Origin: Auanema rhodensis
Taxonomy: Eukaryota; Animalia; Nematoda
NCBI GenBank assembly: GCA_964057225.1
Contig: OZ059894.1
Location: 11,656,001-11,720,000, forward strand
Direction: 5' to 3'
Length of the DNA: 64,000 bases
The translations under genes and the position numbers were made by a program. The notes below the pieces were generated by a model. That model was not told where the DNA came from, did not search any database, and saw only the letters and a program-made list of their open reading frames with translations. Shown in pieces: positions 37,078-51,800 of the stretch (positions are counted from its first letter, which is position 1; each line of letters begins with the position of its first letter).

Positions 37078-38432
37078 AATGTCATATTCTTCATTATCAG
37101 TTATATCACTCTAAATCTTGTTGTTAATAGATACGACCACAAAGAAAACAACAGGAACAGTAACAATAACAAAAAAAATTTTTTTTTCACCTATGTGTCT
37201 AAAGGTTAGCCATGTATCCGTTTATATATATATATATATATATATATATCAACAGTAAAAAGTCCAATCAAGAGAGAAATTTTTTCAACACATAGTTGTT
37301 TTTTTTTTAAATATCATTGTTTTTCCTCATAACTCGGTTTAAACTCGTTCTAACCCGTTGAAATACGTCTAGAAAGTCTTTATAACATGCATATGTATGA
37401 TAGAACTTCATATTTATTGTAATAGAAAATTTTATTTTCAGACGTCTTGGTTAACAATGATATGTTTTACCCCCTTATAATTTTTATCATAATGTTCCTT
37501 ATACGGAACGCTCAATGAAACTTGCTTCCAGAAAAATTTCTTTCTATTTTTTCTTCATATGTACGTAGATACTATAGAGAACTATGATAGAAAACTTTAA
37601 CATTCACGAAATCATCATTTCTCATTACGCTACGGAGGTTTAAAAAGCTGTGTTTTACCTTATAATAGACCGGAAAACCCTTGTGTTAAAACTGGACCGT
37701 TTTTACACATATAAAAATGTCCCGTATTCGGGACCCTAATGTAACTTTTGATTCCCTATATTTTTTTTCATGAAATTTACAATCTACTGTAGAAAGAAGA
37801 ATTATTTTTATAAAAACTGTAAATTTTTGAAAAATGAAAACAAAACGAAAACAAAAACAACTTTTTTTTGAACATTTTCTCACACAAGGGTCCCCCCTTA
37901 CCTACTTTTTTTCTCATTACTCGTTTCAACCTCATCCGATCACTCTGCAAACATGTTTAATCGTTCTAACTTGTTGAAATACGTCTTAAAAGTCTAAACA
38001 ACATGCATATGCATAATAGAAACCACCCGAATAGGCCCCCACGCACTAAACGAGATATATACATTACCAGTATAGTAATAGAACACATATTGAAGATTAA
38101 TTCGATAAGAACAATTTATTGACGTAGAGAATGTTTGTTCCGAAAAACTACAATATTAAACTATAAAAGTAACAAAAGCGTAGAGGCAGCAAAGACATGA
38201 ATAAACATAAATGTAAATACAGAATTACCAGGTAGTACATAAGTATGACAAAAAATTATAAGAAAGCCATGAAAATAGAAGGTTTGTGAACAAATGAGAG
38301 GTACATCTTTGATCGTATAGTCATTTCTAAACCGTTCGTATGCTGCAGCATCGTCATAAGCTTCACTCAAGTTGAATTTCCATGTGTACTACACGATTTT
38401 CATTCTTATTGTTACATTCTTTCCCTGAGGGA

Positions 38433-38617
38433 ATGGGCCGTTCCCGCCAGCAGTGCAAGAGCGGGTCGACCCGTGAGGTGGAGCTAGCAAGCCAGCATCT
38501 ACCTCAAGTCTCAAAAATCGGTTAACCTTATTGTGAACCAATGGAACACATATCGAAGGTTAATTCGATAAGAACGATTACTACACTTTGATCTTAGCCA
38601 AAAGGCCGAGAAGCGAT
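38433..38617 (-). ncRNA. U2: U2 snRNA
   Basis: Copy of 1689-1873. Confidence 0.97.
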
Positions 38618-39059
38618 ACAGCATAGCCATGAGTATCAAAGACATCAAGCAAATGTATCGTACTTGTTACGAGTGCACTCTCTCATTTGAATATAAAAGT
38701 GTGGTTTGACAATCTTGACTGTACAGGTCATAAATGGCTCATATAAACTGTGGATTTACTCAACTTTTGGACTTATTTTTTTCTTATTCGAAGCGCTGCA
38801 CTTTTTTCTATTCTTTTTATTCAAATACTTGTATATAGTTTTATATGTACGGTTGCAAAGTTTCCGAATATTTTATATATTTTTATACAATAATTAGGAG
38901 AAGGTTAATACAATGAAATCTCCCAACTTTACAGTGTTTGTATTGCTTACAGTATCTAGAACAACCACTCTTGTAATATTAGAGCACATATCAATCAACA
39001 ACTTTTTCTAGTTATCAAAGCTTTTTTATTTCTTCAAGATATTTCAAATAAAATATAAA

Positions 39060-39178
39060 AGCTTACGACACCCGGGATTCCCAAGCCGTCTCCGATCCAA
39101 GTACTAACCGGGCCCAACGTTGCTTGACTTGCCAGATCGGACGGGATGGCGTACTTTCAACGTGGTATGGTCGTAAGC
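39060..39178 (-). rRNA. 5S rRNA
   Basis: Copy of 201-319. Confidence 0.98.
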
Positions 39179-39419
39179 AATGTTATATTCTTCATTATCA
39201 GTTATATCACTCTAAATCTTGTTGTTAATAGTTAGGACCACAAAGAAAACAACAGGAACAGTAACAAATGAAATGCCCAAACTTTACAGTGTTCGAGTTA
39301 TTTACAGTATCTAAGACTACCTCTGTCGTGTTATTAGAGCAAACATTCGATTAACAACAACTTTTTTTTAGTTATCAAAGCTTTTTTATTTCTTCAAAAA
39401 ATTTCAAATAAAATATAAA

Positions 39420-39538
39420 AGCTTACGACACCCGGGATTCCCAAGCCGTCTCCGATCCAAGTACTAACCGGGCCCAACGTTGCTTGACTTGCCAGATCGG
39501 ACGGGATGGCGTACTTTCAACGTGGTATGGTCGTAAGC
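39420..39538 (-). rRNA. 5S rRNA
   Basis: Copy of 201-319. Confidence 0.98.
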
Positions 39539-39680
39539 AATGTCATATTCTTCATTATCAGTTATATCACTCTAAATCTTGTTGTTAATAGATACGACCA
39601 CAAAGAAAACAACAGGAACAGTAACAATAACAAAAAAAATTTTTTTTTCACCTATGTGTCTAAAGGTTAGCCATGTATCC

Positions 39681-39744
<64 letters not shown>

Positions 39745-40925
39745 ACAGTAAAAAGTCCAATCAAGAGAGAAATTTTTTCAACACATAGTTGTTTTTTTTT
39801 TAAATATCATTGTTTTTCCTCATAACTCGGTTTAAACTCGTTCTAACCCGTTGAAATACGTCTAGAAAGTCTTTATAACATGCATATGTATGATAGAACT
39901 TCATATTTATTGTAATAGAAAATTTTATTTTCAGACGTCTTGGTTAACAATGATATGTTTTACCCCCTTATAATTTTTATCATAATGTTCCTTATACGGA
40001 ACGCTCAATGAAACTTGCTTCCAGAAAAATTTCTTTCTATTTTTTCTTCATATGTACGTAGATACTATAGAGAACTATGATAGAAAACTTTAACATTCAC
40101 GAAATCATCATTTCTCATTACGCTACGGAGGTTTAAAAAGCTGTGTTTTACCTTATAATAGACCGGAAAACCCTTGTGTTAAAACTGGACCGTTTTTACA
40201 CATATAAAAATGTCCCGTATTCGGGACCCTAATGTAACTTTTGATTCCCTATATTTTTTTTCATGAAATTTACAATCTACTGTAGAAAGAAGAATTATTT
40301 TTATAAAAACTGTAAATTTTTGAAAAATGAAAACAAAACGAAAACAAAAACAACTTTTTTTTGAACATTTTCTCACACAAGGGTCCCCCCTTACCTACTT
40401 TTTTTCTCATTACTCGTTTCAACCTCATCCGATCACTCTGCAAACATGTTTAATCGTTCTAACTTGTTGAAATACGTCTTAAAAGTCTAAACAACATGCA
40501 TATGCATAATAGAAACCACCCGAATAGGCCCCCACGCACTAAACGAGATATATACATTACCAGTATAGTAATAGAACACATATTGAAGATTAATTCGATA
40601 AGAACAATTTATTGACGTAGAGAATGTTTGTTCCGAAAAACTACAATATTAAACTATAAAAGTAACAAAAGCGTAGAGGCAGCAAAGACATGAATAAACA
40701 TAAATGTAAATACAGAATTACCAGGTAGTACATAAGTATGACAAAAAATTATAAGAAAGCCATGAAAATAGAAGGTTTGTGAACAAATGAGAGGTACATC
40801 TTTGATCGTATAGTCATTTCTAAACCGTTCGTATGCTGCAGCATCGTCATAAGCGTCACTCAAGTTGAATTTCCATGTGTACTACACGATTTTCATTCTT
40901 ATTGTTACATTCTTTCCCTGAGGGA

Positions 40926-41110
40926 ATGGGCCGTTCCCGCCAGCAGTGCAAGAGCGGGTCGACCCGTGAGGTGGAGCTAGCAAGCCAGCATCTACCTCAA
41001 GTCTCAAAAATCGGTTAACCTTATTGTGAACCAATGGAACACATATCGAAGGTTAATTCGATAAGAACGATTACTACACTTTGATCTTAGCCAAAAGGCC
41101 GAGAAGCGAT
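40926..41110 (-). ncRNA. U2: U2 snRNA
   Basis: Copy of 1689-1873. Confidence 0.97.
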
Positions 41111-41552
41111 ACAGCATAGCCATGAGTATCAAAGACATCAAGCAAATGTATCGTACTTGTTACGAGTGCACTCTCTCATTTGAATATAAAAGTGTGGTTT
41201 GACAATCTTGACTGTACAGGTCATAAATGGCTCATATAAACTGTGGATTTACTCAACTTTTGGACTTATTTTTTTCTTATTCGAAGCGCTGCACTTTTTT
41301 CTATTCTTTTTATTCAAATACTTGTATATAGTTTTATATGTACGGTTGCAAAGTTTCCGAATATTTTATATATTTTTATACAATAATTAGGAGAAGGTTA
41401 ATACAATGAAATCTCCCAACTTTACAGTGTTTGTATTGCTTACAGTATCTAGAACAACCACTCTTGTAATATTAGAGCACATATCAATCAACAACTTTTT
41501 CTAGTTATCAAAGCTTTTTTATTTCTTCAAGATATTTCAAATAAAATATAAA

Positions 41553-41671
41553 AGCTTACGACACCCGGGATTCCCAAGCCGTCTCCGATCCAAGTACTAA
41601 CCGGGCCCAACGTTGCTTGACTTGCCAGATCGGACGGGATGGCGTACTTTCAACGTGGTATGGTCGTAAGC
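41553..41671 (-). rRNA. 5S rRNA
   Basis: Copy of 201-319. Confidence 0.98.
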
Positions 41672-41912
41672 AATGTTATATTCTTCATTATCAGTTATAT
41701 CACTCTAAATCTTGTTGTTAATAGTTAGGACCACAAAGAAAACAACAGGAACAGTAACAAATGAAATGCCCAAACTTTACAGTGTTCGAGTTATTTACAG
41801 TATCTAAGACTACCTCTGTCGTGTTATTAGAGCAAACATTCGATTAACAACAACTTTTTTTTAGTTATCAAAGCTTTTTTATTTCTTCAAAAAATTTCAA
41901 ATAAAATATAAA

Positions 41913-42031
41913 AGCTTACGACACCCGGGATTCCCAAGCCGTCTCCGATCCAAGTACTAACCGGGCCCAACGTTGCTTGACTTGCCAGATCGGACGGGAT
42001 GGCGTACTTTCAACGTGGTATGGTCGTAAGC
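41913..42031 (-). rRNA. 5S rRNA
   Basis: Copy of 201-319. Confidence 0.98.
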
Positions 42032-42173
42032 AATGTCATATTCTTCATTATCAGTTATATCACTCTAAATCTTGTTGTTAATAGATACGACCACAAAGAA
42101 AACAACAGGAACAGTAACAATAACAAAAAAAATTTTTTTTTCACCTATGTGTCTAAAGGTTAGCCATGTATCC

Positions 42174-42219
<46 letters not shown>

Positions 42220-43400
42220 ACAGTAAAAAGTCCAATCAAGAGAGAAATTTTTTCAACACATAGTTGTTTTTTTTTTAAATATCATTGTTTTTCCTCATAA
42301 CTCGGTTTAAACTCGTTCTAACCCGTTGAAATACGTCTAGAAAGTCTTTATAACATGCATATGTATGATAGAACTTCATATTTATTGTAATAGAAAATTT
42401 TATTTTCAGACGTCTTGGTTAACAATGATATGTTTTACCCCCTTATAATTTTTATCATAATGTTCCTTATACGGAACGCTCAATGAAACTTGCTTCCAGA
42501 AAAATTTCTTTCTATTTTTTCTTCATATGTACGTAGATACTATAGAGAACTATGATAGAAAACTTTAACATTCACGAAATCATCATTTCTCATTACGCTA
42601 CGGAGGTTTAAAAAGCTGTGTTTTACCTTATAATAGACCGGAAAACCCTTGTGTTAAAACTGGACCGTTTTTACACATATAAAAATGTCCCGTATTCGGG
42701 ACCCTAATGTAACTTTTGATTCCCTATATTTTTTTTCATGAAATTTACAATCTACTGTAGAAAGAAGAATTATTTTTATAAAAACTGTAAATTTTTGAAA
42801 AATGAAAACAAAACGAAAACAAAAACAACTTTTTTTTGAACATTTTCTCACACAAGGGTCCCCCCTTACCTACTTTTTTTCTCATTACTCGTTTCAACCT
42901 CATCCGATCACTCTGCAAACATGTTTAATCGTTCTAACTTGTTGAAATACGTCTTAAAAGTCTAAACAACATGCATATGCATAATAGAAACCACCCGAAT
43001 AGGCCCCCACGCACTAAACGAGATATATACATTACCAGTATAGTAATAGAACACATATTGAAGATTAATTCGATAAGAACAATTTATTGACGTAGAGAAT
43101 GTTTGTTCCGAAAAACTACAATATTAAACTATAAAAGTAACAAAAGCGTAGAGGCAGCAAAGACATGAATAAACATAAATGTAAATACAGAATTACCAGG
43201 TAGTACATAAGTATGACAAAAAATTATAAGAAAGCCATGAAAATAGAAGGTTTGTGAACAAATGAGAGGTACATCTTTGATCGTATAGTCATTTCTAAAC
43301 CGTTCGTATGCTGCAGCATCGTCATAAGCGTCACTCAAGTTGAATTTCCATGTGTACTACACGATTTTCATTCTTATTGTTACATTCTTTCCCTGAGGGA

Positions 43401-43585
43401 ATGGGCCGTTCCCGCCAGCAGTGCAAGAGCGGGTCGACCCGTGAGGTGGAGCTAGCAAGCCAGCATCTACCTCAAGTCTCAAAAATCGGTTAACCTTATT
43501 GTGAACCAATGGAACACATATCGAAGGTTAATTCGATAAGAACGATTACTACACTTTGATCTTAGCCAAAAGGCCGAGAAGCGAT
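43401..43585 (-). ncRNA. U2: U2 snRNA
   Basis: Copy of 1689-1873. Confidence 0.97.
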
Positions 43586-44027
43586 ACAGCATAGCCATGA
43601 GTATCAAAGACATCAAGCAAATGTATCGTACTTGTTACGAGTGCACTCTCTCATTTGAATATAAAAGTGTGGTTTGACAATCTTGACTGTACAGGTCATA
43701 AATGGCTCATATAAACTGTGGATTTACTCAACTTTTGGACTTATTTTTTTCTTATTCGAAGCGCTGCACTTTTTTCTATTCTTTTTATTCAAATACTTGT
43801 ATATAGTTTTATATGTACGGTTGCAAAGTTTCCGAATATTTTATATATTTTTATACAATAATTAGGAGAAGGTTAATACAATGAAATCTCCCAACTTTAC
43901 AGTGTTTGTATTGCTTACAGTATCTAGAACAACCACTCTTGTAATATTAGAGCACATATCAATCAACAACTTTTTCTAGTTATCAAAGCTTTTTTATTTC
44001 TTCAAGATATTTCAAATAAAATATAAA

Positions 44028-44146
44028 AGCTTACGACACCCGGGATTCCCAAGCCGTCTCCGATCCAAGTACTAACCGGGCCCAACGTTGCTTGACTTGC
44101 CAGATCGGACGGGATGGCGTACTTTCAACGTGGTATGGTCGTAAGC
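44028..44146 (-). rRNA. 5S rRNA
   Basis: Copy of 201-319. Confidence 0.98.
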
Positions 44147-44387
44147 AATGTTATATTCTTCATTATCAGTTATATCACTCTAAATCTTGTTGTTAATAGT
44201 TAGGACCACAAAGAAAACAACAGGAACAGTAACAAATGAAATGCCCAAACTTTACAGTGTTCGAGTTATTTACAGTATCTAAGACTACCTCTGTCGTGTT
44301 ATTAGAGCAAACATTCGATTAACAACAACTTTTTTTTAGTTATCAAAGCTTTTTTATTTCTTCAAAAAATTTCAAATAAAATATAAA

Positions 44388-44506
44388 AGCTTACGACACC
44401 CGGGATTCCCAAGCCGTCTCCGATCCAAGTACTAACCGGGCCCAACGTTGCTTGACTTGCCAGATCGGACGGGATGGCGTACTTTCAACGTGGTATGGTC
44501 GTAAGC
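44388..44506 (-). rRNA. 5S rRNA
   Basis: Copy of 201-319. Confidence 0.98.
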
Positions 44507-44648
44507 AATGTCATATTCTTCATTATCAGTTATATCACTCTAAATCTTGTTGTTAATAGATACGACCACAAAGAAAACAACAGGAACAGTAACAATAACA
44601 AAAAAAATTTTTTTTTCACCTATGTGTCTAAAGGTTAGCCATGTATCC

Positions 44649-44702
<54 letters not shown>

Positions 44703-45834
44703 TTTTTTTTAAATATCATTGTTTTTCCTCATAACTCGGTTTAAACTCGTTCTAACCCGTTGAAATACGTCTAGAAAGTCTTTATAACATGCATATGTAT
44801 GATAGAACTTCATATTTATTGTAATAGAAAATTTTATTTTCAGACGTCTTGGTTAACAATGATATGTTTTACCCCCTTATAATTTTTATCATAATGTTCC
44901 TTATACGGAACGCTCAATGAAACTTGCTTCCAGAAAAATTTCTTTCTATTTTTTCTTCATATGTACGTAGATACTATAGAGAACTATGATAGAAAACTTT
45001 AACATTCACGAAATCATCATTTCTCATTACGCTACGGAGGTTTAAAAAGCTGTGTTTTACCTTATAATAGACCGGAAAACCCTTGTGTTAAAACTGGACC
45101 GTTTTTACACATATAAAAATGTCCCGTATTCGGGACCCTAATGTAACTTTTGATTCCCTATATTTTTTTTCATGAAATTTACAATCTACTGTAGAAAGAA
45201 GAATTATTTTTATAAAAACTGTAAATTTTTGAAAAATGAAAACAAAACGAAAACAAAAACAACTTTTTTTTGAACATTTTCTCACACAAGGGTCCCCCCT
45301 TACCTACTTTTTTTTTCATTACTCGTTTCAACCTCATCCGATCACTCTGCAAACATGTTTAATCGTTCTAACTTGTTGAAATACGTCTTAAAAGTCTAAA
45401 CAACATGCATATGCATAATAGAAACCACCCGAATAGGCCCCCACGCACTAAACGAGATATATACATTACCAGTATAGTAATAGAACACATATTGAAGATT
45501 AATTCGATAAGAACAATTTATTGACGTAGAGAATGTTTGTTCCGAAAAACTACAATATTAAACTATAAAAGTAACAAAAGCGTAGAGGCAGCAAAGACAT
45601 GAATAAACATAAATGTAAATACAGAATTACCAGGTAGTACATAAGTATGACAAAAAATTATAAGAAAGCCATGAAAATAGAAGGTTTGTGAACAAATGAG
45701 AGGTACATCTTTGATCGTATAGTCATTTCTAAACCGTTCGTATGCTGCAGCATCGTCATAAGCGTCACTCAAGTTGAATTTCCATGTGTACTACACGATT
45801 TTCATTCTTATTGTTACATTCTTTCCCTGAGGGA

Positions 45835-46088
45835 ATGGGCCGTTCCCGCCAGCAGTGCAAGAGCGGGTCGACCCGTGAGGTGGAGCTAGCAAGCCAGCAT
45901 CTACCTCAAGTCTCAAAAATCGGTTAACATTATTGTGAACCAATGGAACACATATCGAAGGTTAATTCGATAAGAACGATTAATGGTTTATTGAATAACT
46001 AATGTTATGAAACAATAAATAACCAATAAAAAAGAGCCCAGAATCGGGGAGACGCACTTTGATCTTAGCCAAAAGGCCGAGAAGCGAT
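45835..46088 (-). pseudogene. U2: U2 gene disrupted by 72-bp element A stub
   Basis: Branch-point recognition sequence split; additional substitution at 45929 in the stem IIc strand. Confidence 0.93.
45983..46054 (-). mobile_element. Element A copy 3: 72-bp 3'-terminal stub (extreme 5' truncation) with 3-bp target deletion
   Basis: Matches 11729-11800 except one substitution; unit is 69 bp longer; replaces U2 nt 35-37. Confidence 0.95.
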
Positions 46089-46530
46089 ACAGCATAGCCA
46101 TGAGTATCAAAGACATCAAGCAAATGTATCGTACTTGTTACGAGTGCACTCTCTCATTTGAATATAAAAGTGTGGTTTGACAATCTTGACTGTACAGGTC
46201 ATAAATGGCTCATATAAACTGTGGATTTACTCAACTTTTGGACTTATTTTTTTCTTATTCGAAGCGCTGCACTTTTTTCTATTCTTTTTATTCAAATACT
46301 TGTATATAGTTTTATATGTACGGTTGCAAAGTTTCCGAATATTTTATATATTTTTATACAATAATTAGGAGAAGGTTAATACAATGAAATCTCCCAACTT
46401 TACAGTGTTTGTATTGCTTACAGTATCTAGAACAACCACTCTTGTAATATTAGAGCACATATCAATCAACAACTTTTTCTAGTTATCAAAGCTTTTTTAT
46501 TTCTTCAAGATATTTCAAATAAAATATAAA

Positions 46531-46649
46531 AGCTTACGACACCCGGGATTCCCAAGCCGTCTCCGATCCAAGTACTAACCGGGCCCAACGTTGCTTGACT
46601 TGCCAGATCGGACGGGATGGCGTACTTTCAACGTGGTATGGTCGTAAGC
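46531..46649 (-). rRNA. 5S rRNA
   Basis: Copy of 201-319; unit with three 5S. Confidence 0.98.
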
Positions 46650-46890
46650 AATGTTATATTCTTCATTATCAGTTATATCACTCTAAATCTTGTTGTTAAT
46701 AGTTAGGACCACAAAGAAAACAACAGGAACAGTAACAAATGAAATGCCCAAACTTTACAGTGTTCGAGTTATTTACAGTATCTAAGACTACCTCTGTCGT
46801 GTTATTAGAGCAAACATTCGATTAACAACAACTTTTTTTTAGTTATCAAAGCTTTTTTATTTCTTCAAAAAATTTCAAATAAAATATAAA

Positions 46891-47009
46891 AGCTTACGAC
46901 ACCCGGGATTCCCAAGCCGTCTCCGATCCAAGTACTAACCGGGCCCAACGTTGCTTGACTTGCCAGATCGGACGGGATGGCGTACTTTCAACGTGGTATG
47001 GTCGTAAGC
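46891..47009 (-). rRNA. 5S rRNA
   Basis: Copy of 201-319; unit with three 5S. Confidence 0.98.
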
Positions 47010-47250
47010 AATGTCATATTCTTCATTATCAGTTATATCACTCTAAATCTTGTTGTTAATAGATACGACCACAAAGAAAACAACAGGAACAGTAACAAAT
47101 GAAATGCCCAAACTTTACAGTGTTCGAGTTATTTACAGTATCTAAGACTACCTCTGTCGTGTTATTAGAGCAAACATTCGATTAACAACAACTTTTTTTT
47201 AGTTATCAAAGCTTTTTTATTTCTTCAAAAAATTTCAAATAAAATATAAA

Positions 47251-47369
47251 AGCTTACGACACCCGGGATTCCCAAGCCGTCTCCGATCCAAGTACTAACC
47301 GGGCCCAACGTTGCTTGACTTGCCAGATCGGACGGGATGGCGTACTTTCAACGTGGTATGGTCGTAAGC
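47251..47369 (-). rRNA. 5S rRNA
   Basis: Copy of 201-319; unit with three 5S. Confidence 0.98.
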
Positions 47370-47511
47370 AATGTCATATTCTTCATTATCAGTTATATCA
47401 CTCTAAATCTTGTTGTTAATAGATACGACCACAAAGAAAACAACAGGAACAGTAACAATAACAAAAAAAATTTTTTTTTCACCTATGTGTCTAAAGGTTA
47501 GCCATGTATCC

Positions 47512-47565
<54 letters not shown>

Positions 47566-48746
47566 ACAGTAAAAAGTCCAATCAAGAGAGAAATTTTTTC
47601 AACACATAGTTGTTTTTTTTTTAAATATCATTGTTTTTCCTCATAACTCGGTTTAAACTCGTTCTAACCCGTTGAAATACGTCTAGAAAGTCTTTATAAC
47701 ATGCATATGTATGATAGAACTTCATATTTATTGTAATAGAAAATTTTATTTTCAGACGTCTTGGTTAACAATGATATGTTTTACCCCCTTATAATTTTTA
47801 TCATAATGTTCCTTATACGGAACGCTCAATGAAACTTGCTTCCAGAAAAATTTCTTTCTATTTTTTCTTCATATGTACGTAGATACTATAGAGAACTATG
47901 ATAGAAAACTTTAACATTCACGAAATCATCATTTCTCATTACGCTATGGAGGTTTAAAAAGCTGTGTTTTACCTTATAATAGACCGGAAAACCCTTGTGT
48001 TAAAACTGGACCGTTTTTACACATATAAAAATGTCCCGTATTCGGGACCCTAATGTAACTTTTGATTCCCTATATTTTTTTTCATGAAATTTACAATCTA
48101 CTGTAGAAAGAAGAATTATTTTTATAAAAACTGTAAATTTTTGAAAAATGAAAACAAAACGAAAACAAAAACAACTTTTTTTTGAACATTTTCTCACACA
48201 AGGGTCCCCCCTTACCTACTTTTTTTCTCATTACTCGTTTCAACCTCATCCGATCACTCTGCAAACATGTTTAATCGTTCTAACTTGTTGAAATACGTCT
48301 TAAAAGTCTAAACAACATGCATATGCATAATAGAAACCACCCGAATAGGCCCCCACGCACTAAACGAGATATATACATTACCAGTATAGTAATAGAACAC
48401 ATATTGAAGATTAATTCGATAAGAACAATTTATTGACGTAGAGAATGTTTGTTCCGAAAAACTACAATATTAAACTATAAAAGTAACAAAAGCGTAGAGG
48501 CAGCAAAGACATGAATAAACATAAATGTAAATACAGAATTACCAGGTAGTACATAAGTATGACAAAAAATTATAAGAAAGCCATGAAAATAGAAGGTTTG
48601 TGAACAAATGAGAGGTACATCTTTGATCGTATAGTCATTTCTAAACCGTTCGTATGCTGCAGCATCGTCATAAGCGTCACTCAAGTTGAATTTCCATGTG
48701 TACTACACGATTTTCATTCTTATTGTTACATTCTTTCCCTGAGGGA

Positions 48747-48896
48747 ATGGGCCGTTCCCGCCAGCAGTGCAAGAGCGGGTCGACCCGTGAGGTGGAGCTA
48801 GCAAGCCAGCATCTACCTCAAGTCTCAAAAATCGGTTAACCTTATTGTGAACCAATGGAACACATATCGAAGGTTAATTCGATAAGAACGATTACT
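48747..48896 (-). pseudogene. U2: 3' part (nt 36-end) of interrupted U2 gene
   Basis: Identical to array U2. Confidence 0.95.
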
Positions 48897-51800
48897 GGTT
48901 TATTGAATAACTAATGTTATGATACAATAAATAACCAATAAAAAAGAGCCCAGAATCGGGGAGACGGTATTACCAGTACAACTTAAAACAGCAAGTAATT
49001 AAAAAGTACATAATAAGACACATTGCCAACAGAGGCTAAAACGACTCAAGAGTCGGGGGAGTGGGTTAAAAAAAATGAACAAAAAAATGAATATTAAAGC
49101 AGAACAATGAGAAATCAAGTGCCGCTATGATCAAACAATTTGAGTGCCTACGGCAATGATGTTAAAAATAAACAACAAAATACATGTACCAATGAAGGTC
49201 AGAAAGAAAGAAACAAAAGACAAAAATAAGTAATACAAAAAGTAAATACATTACAATCAAATCACAAACAAGTCAATTGATAATTTCTTCTTCATATTGC
49301 CTTACACCAGAAACATGTTCCACGTAGATATTCCTGGCCCACTTGATGGTATCGGCGACGACGAGCTTCTCCATTAGCCGGTTGTAGTGGCTGCTGATCT
49401 TGAGTGATCGGAGGGCTTGTCCGTTGAGCGGGTCCATAGTTCCAAGCATTCCTACGACATATGCTTCTACACTAGTCTTATAACCAAGACATTGGTATTG
49501 GCTGGCTATGTCAGCATATTTCCTCTCCTTTATCATACGCGCGGCTATCATGGCTTGACGGCGGTTTTCATAGCTCACTGTAACATCAACGATACTACAG
49601 TGTTTTGCGTCATGATCGACCACTACTATGTCAGGTCGGAGTGTACTATTAATGCCAGGAAGAGGCTGGTTAGTGTAAACTTCTCCGTTTTTAGGCTCTG
49701 GCAGGGCTTTGATAAGACGGTCCACGATGTTGTTGTGGCGGAGTTGGATTGCTCTCGTGTGAGAGTGGCAGTGTCCAAGAACATGTGCAGCAGTTTCGTT
49801 GGAGTAACTACACCTGCGGCACTGTTTGTTTCCTTCTCCGTGTCTTCTACAGCCATTGAGCTGGAGAGTATTGAGTCGAGCCTTGTGGATGAATCGCCAA
49901 TCAGCAAACCGTATGAAATCTCCCTTCGCCATAAAGTGATTGGACGCTTTGTTGAGCATTGTGACATCAAAGACTTTCCCTTGATCCGGTTTTTGAAGAA
50001 GGATCCGAAGGTCTTTCAGCCATAATGCACGTCGCAGGCTTCTGTGGCATAGTGAAGGTGTTAACAGTTGGTTGTTTAGATTGAGTTCTAAACCACTTTC
50101 GAGGCATGTCCAGTTAGCGTTGATGAGTTTCTTGAGTTGACGCATCGCTACTCTTACTCTAGTCCAGATGGAGGAAACATCAGATGTTTCGGTGTCGAAA
50201 ATGCCATCAACGGAACCGTTGTAATATGCAGCTGTCTCATCGTTACTGGCTTGACGTTTAATCCTTTTTGATGCTACTTTTTTTGAGTCTTGATGCGCAA
50301 TATCAGCTACTACAAGATCAGATGACTTCAAAAGTTGGTAGGCATGAGTGACTTCACAGACGTCTGACAGGTGTTGGAGTCGAGAGAGACCAAGTCCGCC
50401 GTAGTTAGTTGGCAGGTAGATTGGTTCAGCACTGGCGTTTGGAGGATAGTGCATCCATCTACGGGCACAGCGTTTGAGTTCTTTGTCAAAGGCGACTAGT
50501 TTACTCTTTGGGACGTGGCCATTCGTCATATGAAAATTAAGGCAGGGCATCAGGAAGGTGCGTACTGCGTCAGCTTTCTGCCATTCAGCAAGTAAGGATT
50601 TGTCAATTTTTTCCAAGTGTTGACTCATAATATTCACTGTTGGAACCGCAGACTTATGTAAATGCATTCCAGTAGGGATTCCCAGGTGGGAGTAGCTGTC
50701 GAATTTGCTGAGAGCGGGTAGAGAGGAGCTCTGTAGCATGTATGAGGCTGTTGATATTTTCCCTTTGTCGATCGTCAAGGTGGCGCATTTCGCTGGTTTG
50801 AAGGTCAAGCCTGTGAAATTAGCCGCATTTGATGCTGCGTCCAACATTTTCTGTAGATCTTCTGATGATGAGGAGACCAGGGCAAGGTCATCGGCGTACG
50901 CTAGCACAGCGATGTTGTGGTTGTGTAGCTTATAGCCAGTAGAGGATTCCAAGATGGTTTTAATTAGAGGTTCAATGGCAAGGTTGAACAGGATCGGAGA
51001 TAGTGGGGATCCTTGTAACACACCTGCATGAACTGGAATGGTCGATGTGAGTCCGGAGCCTGTCTGGATTCTTGTAGAGGCATCTGTGTATAGAGCTCGT
51101 ACTCGGGATATTGAGGCTTCAGCCACTCCTGACCATCTTAGAACGTCTAGCAGAGTTTCGTGTGGCAGCGATCCAAAAGCGTTTGCGAGATCAAGCCAAG
51201 CAATTGCAATTTTCTCACGTTTACGTTTAGCGTCCGCAATGGTACTTTGCAACATAAAGTTGTGTTCCATGCATCCAGCTTTGGCCACAAAGCCCTTTTG
51301 GGAGGGAGAAAGTCTTTTTTCTGCTCTTGCCCATGTTAGCAGTCGATGCGTAAGACAAGCTGAGTACGTCTTACCAATTGTGCACGAAAGTGCTATTGGT
51401 CGCCAGTTGTTAATGTCAGCTTTATCACCTTTCTTATGGATGAGGACGGTGGTCGACTCTTTCCAGGAAAAAGGGATGTGTCCTAGCTTGTGTACGGTGT
51501 TAAATATCGCTGCTAATATGTGACCTCCTTGGTCAAATTTCTTCCAGTGCGAGTATCGAAGTCCATCAGCTCCTGGAGCCGTATCGCTGCAACGTCGTAT
51601 GCGTTCCCAGACTTCCAAAGGGGTGAAAACACCTTCTAATGGGTCGGTACTAGCTGGCAAATCCGGTCTGGTGACTGTGATGGGGAGGGCTGGGCCTTGA
51701 CTGCTGTGAACAGAAAGGAAATGTTTTTCAACCTTTGCAGATGGTATGGTGCAGGTTTCACTTTGTTCTCCGAGCAGTTGTCGAAAGGCTTTCTTCTTGT

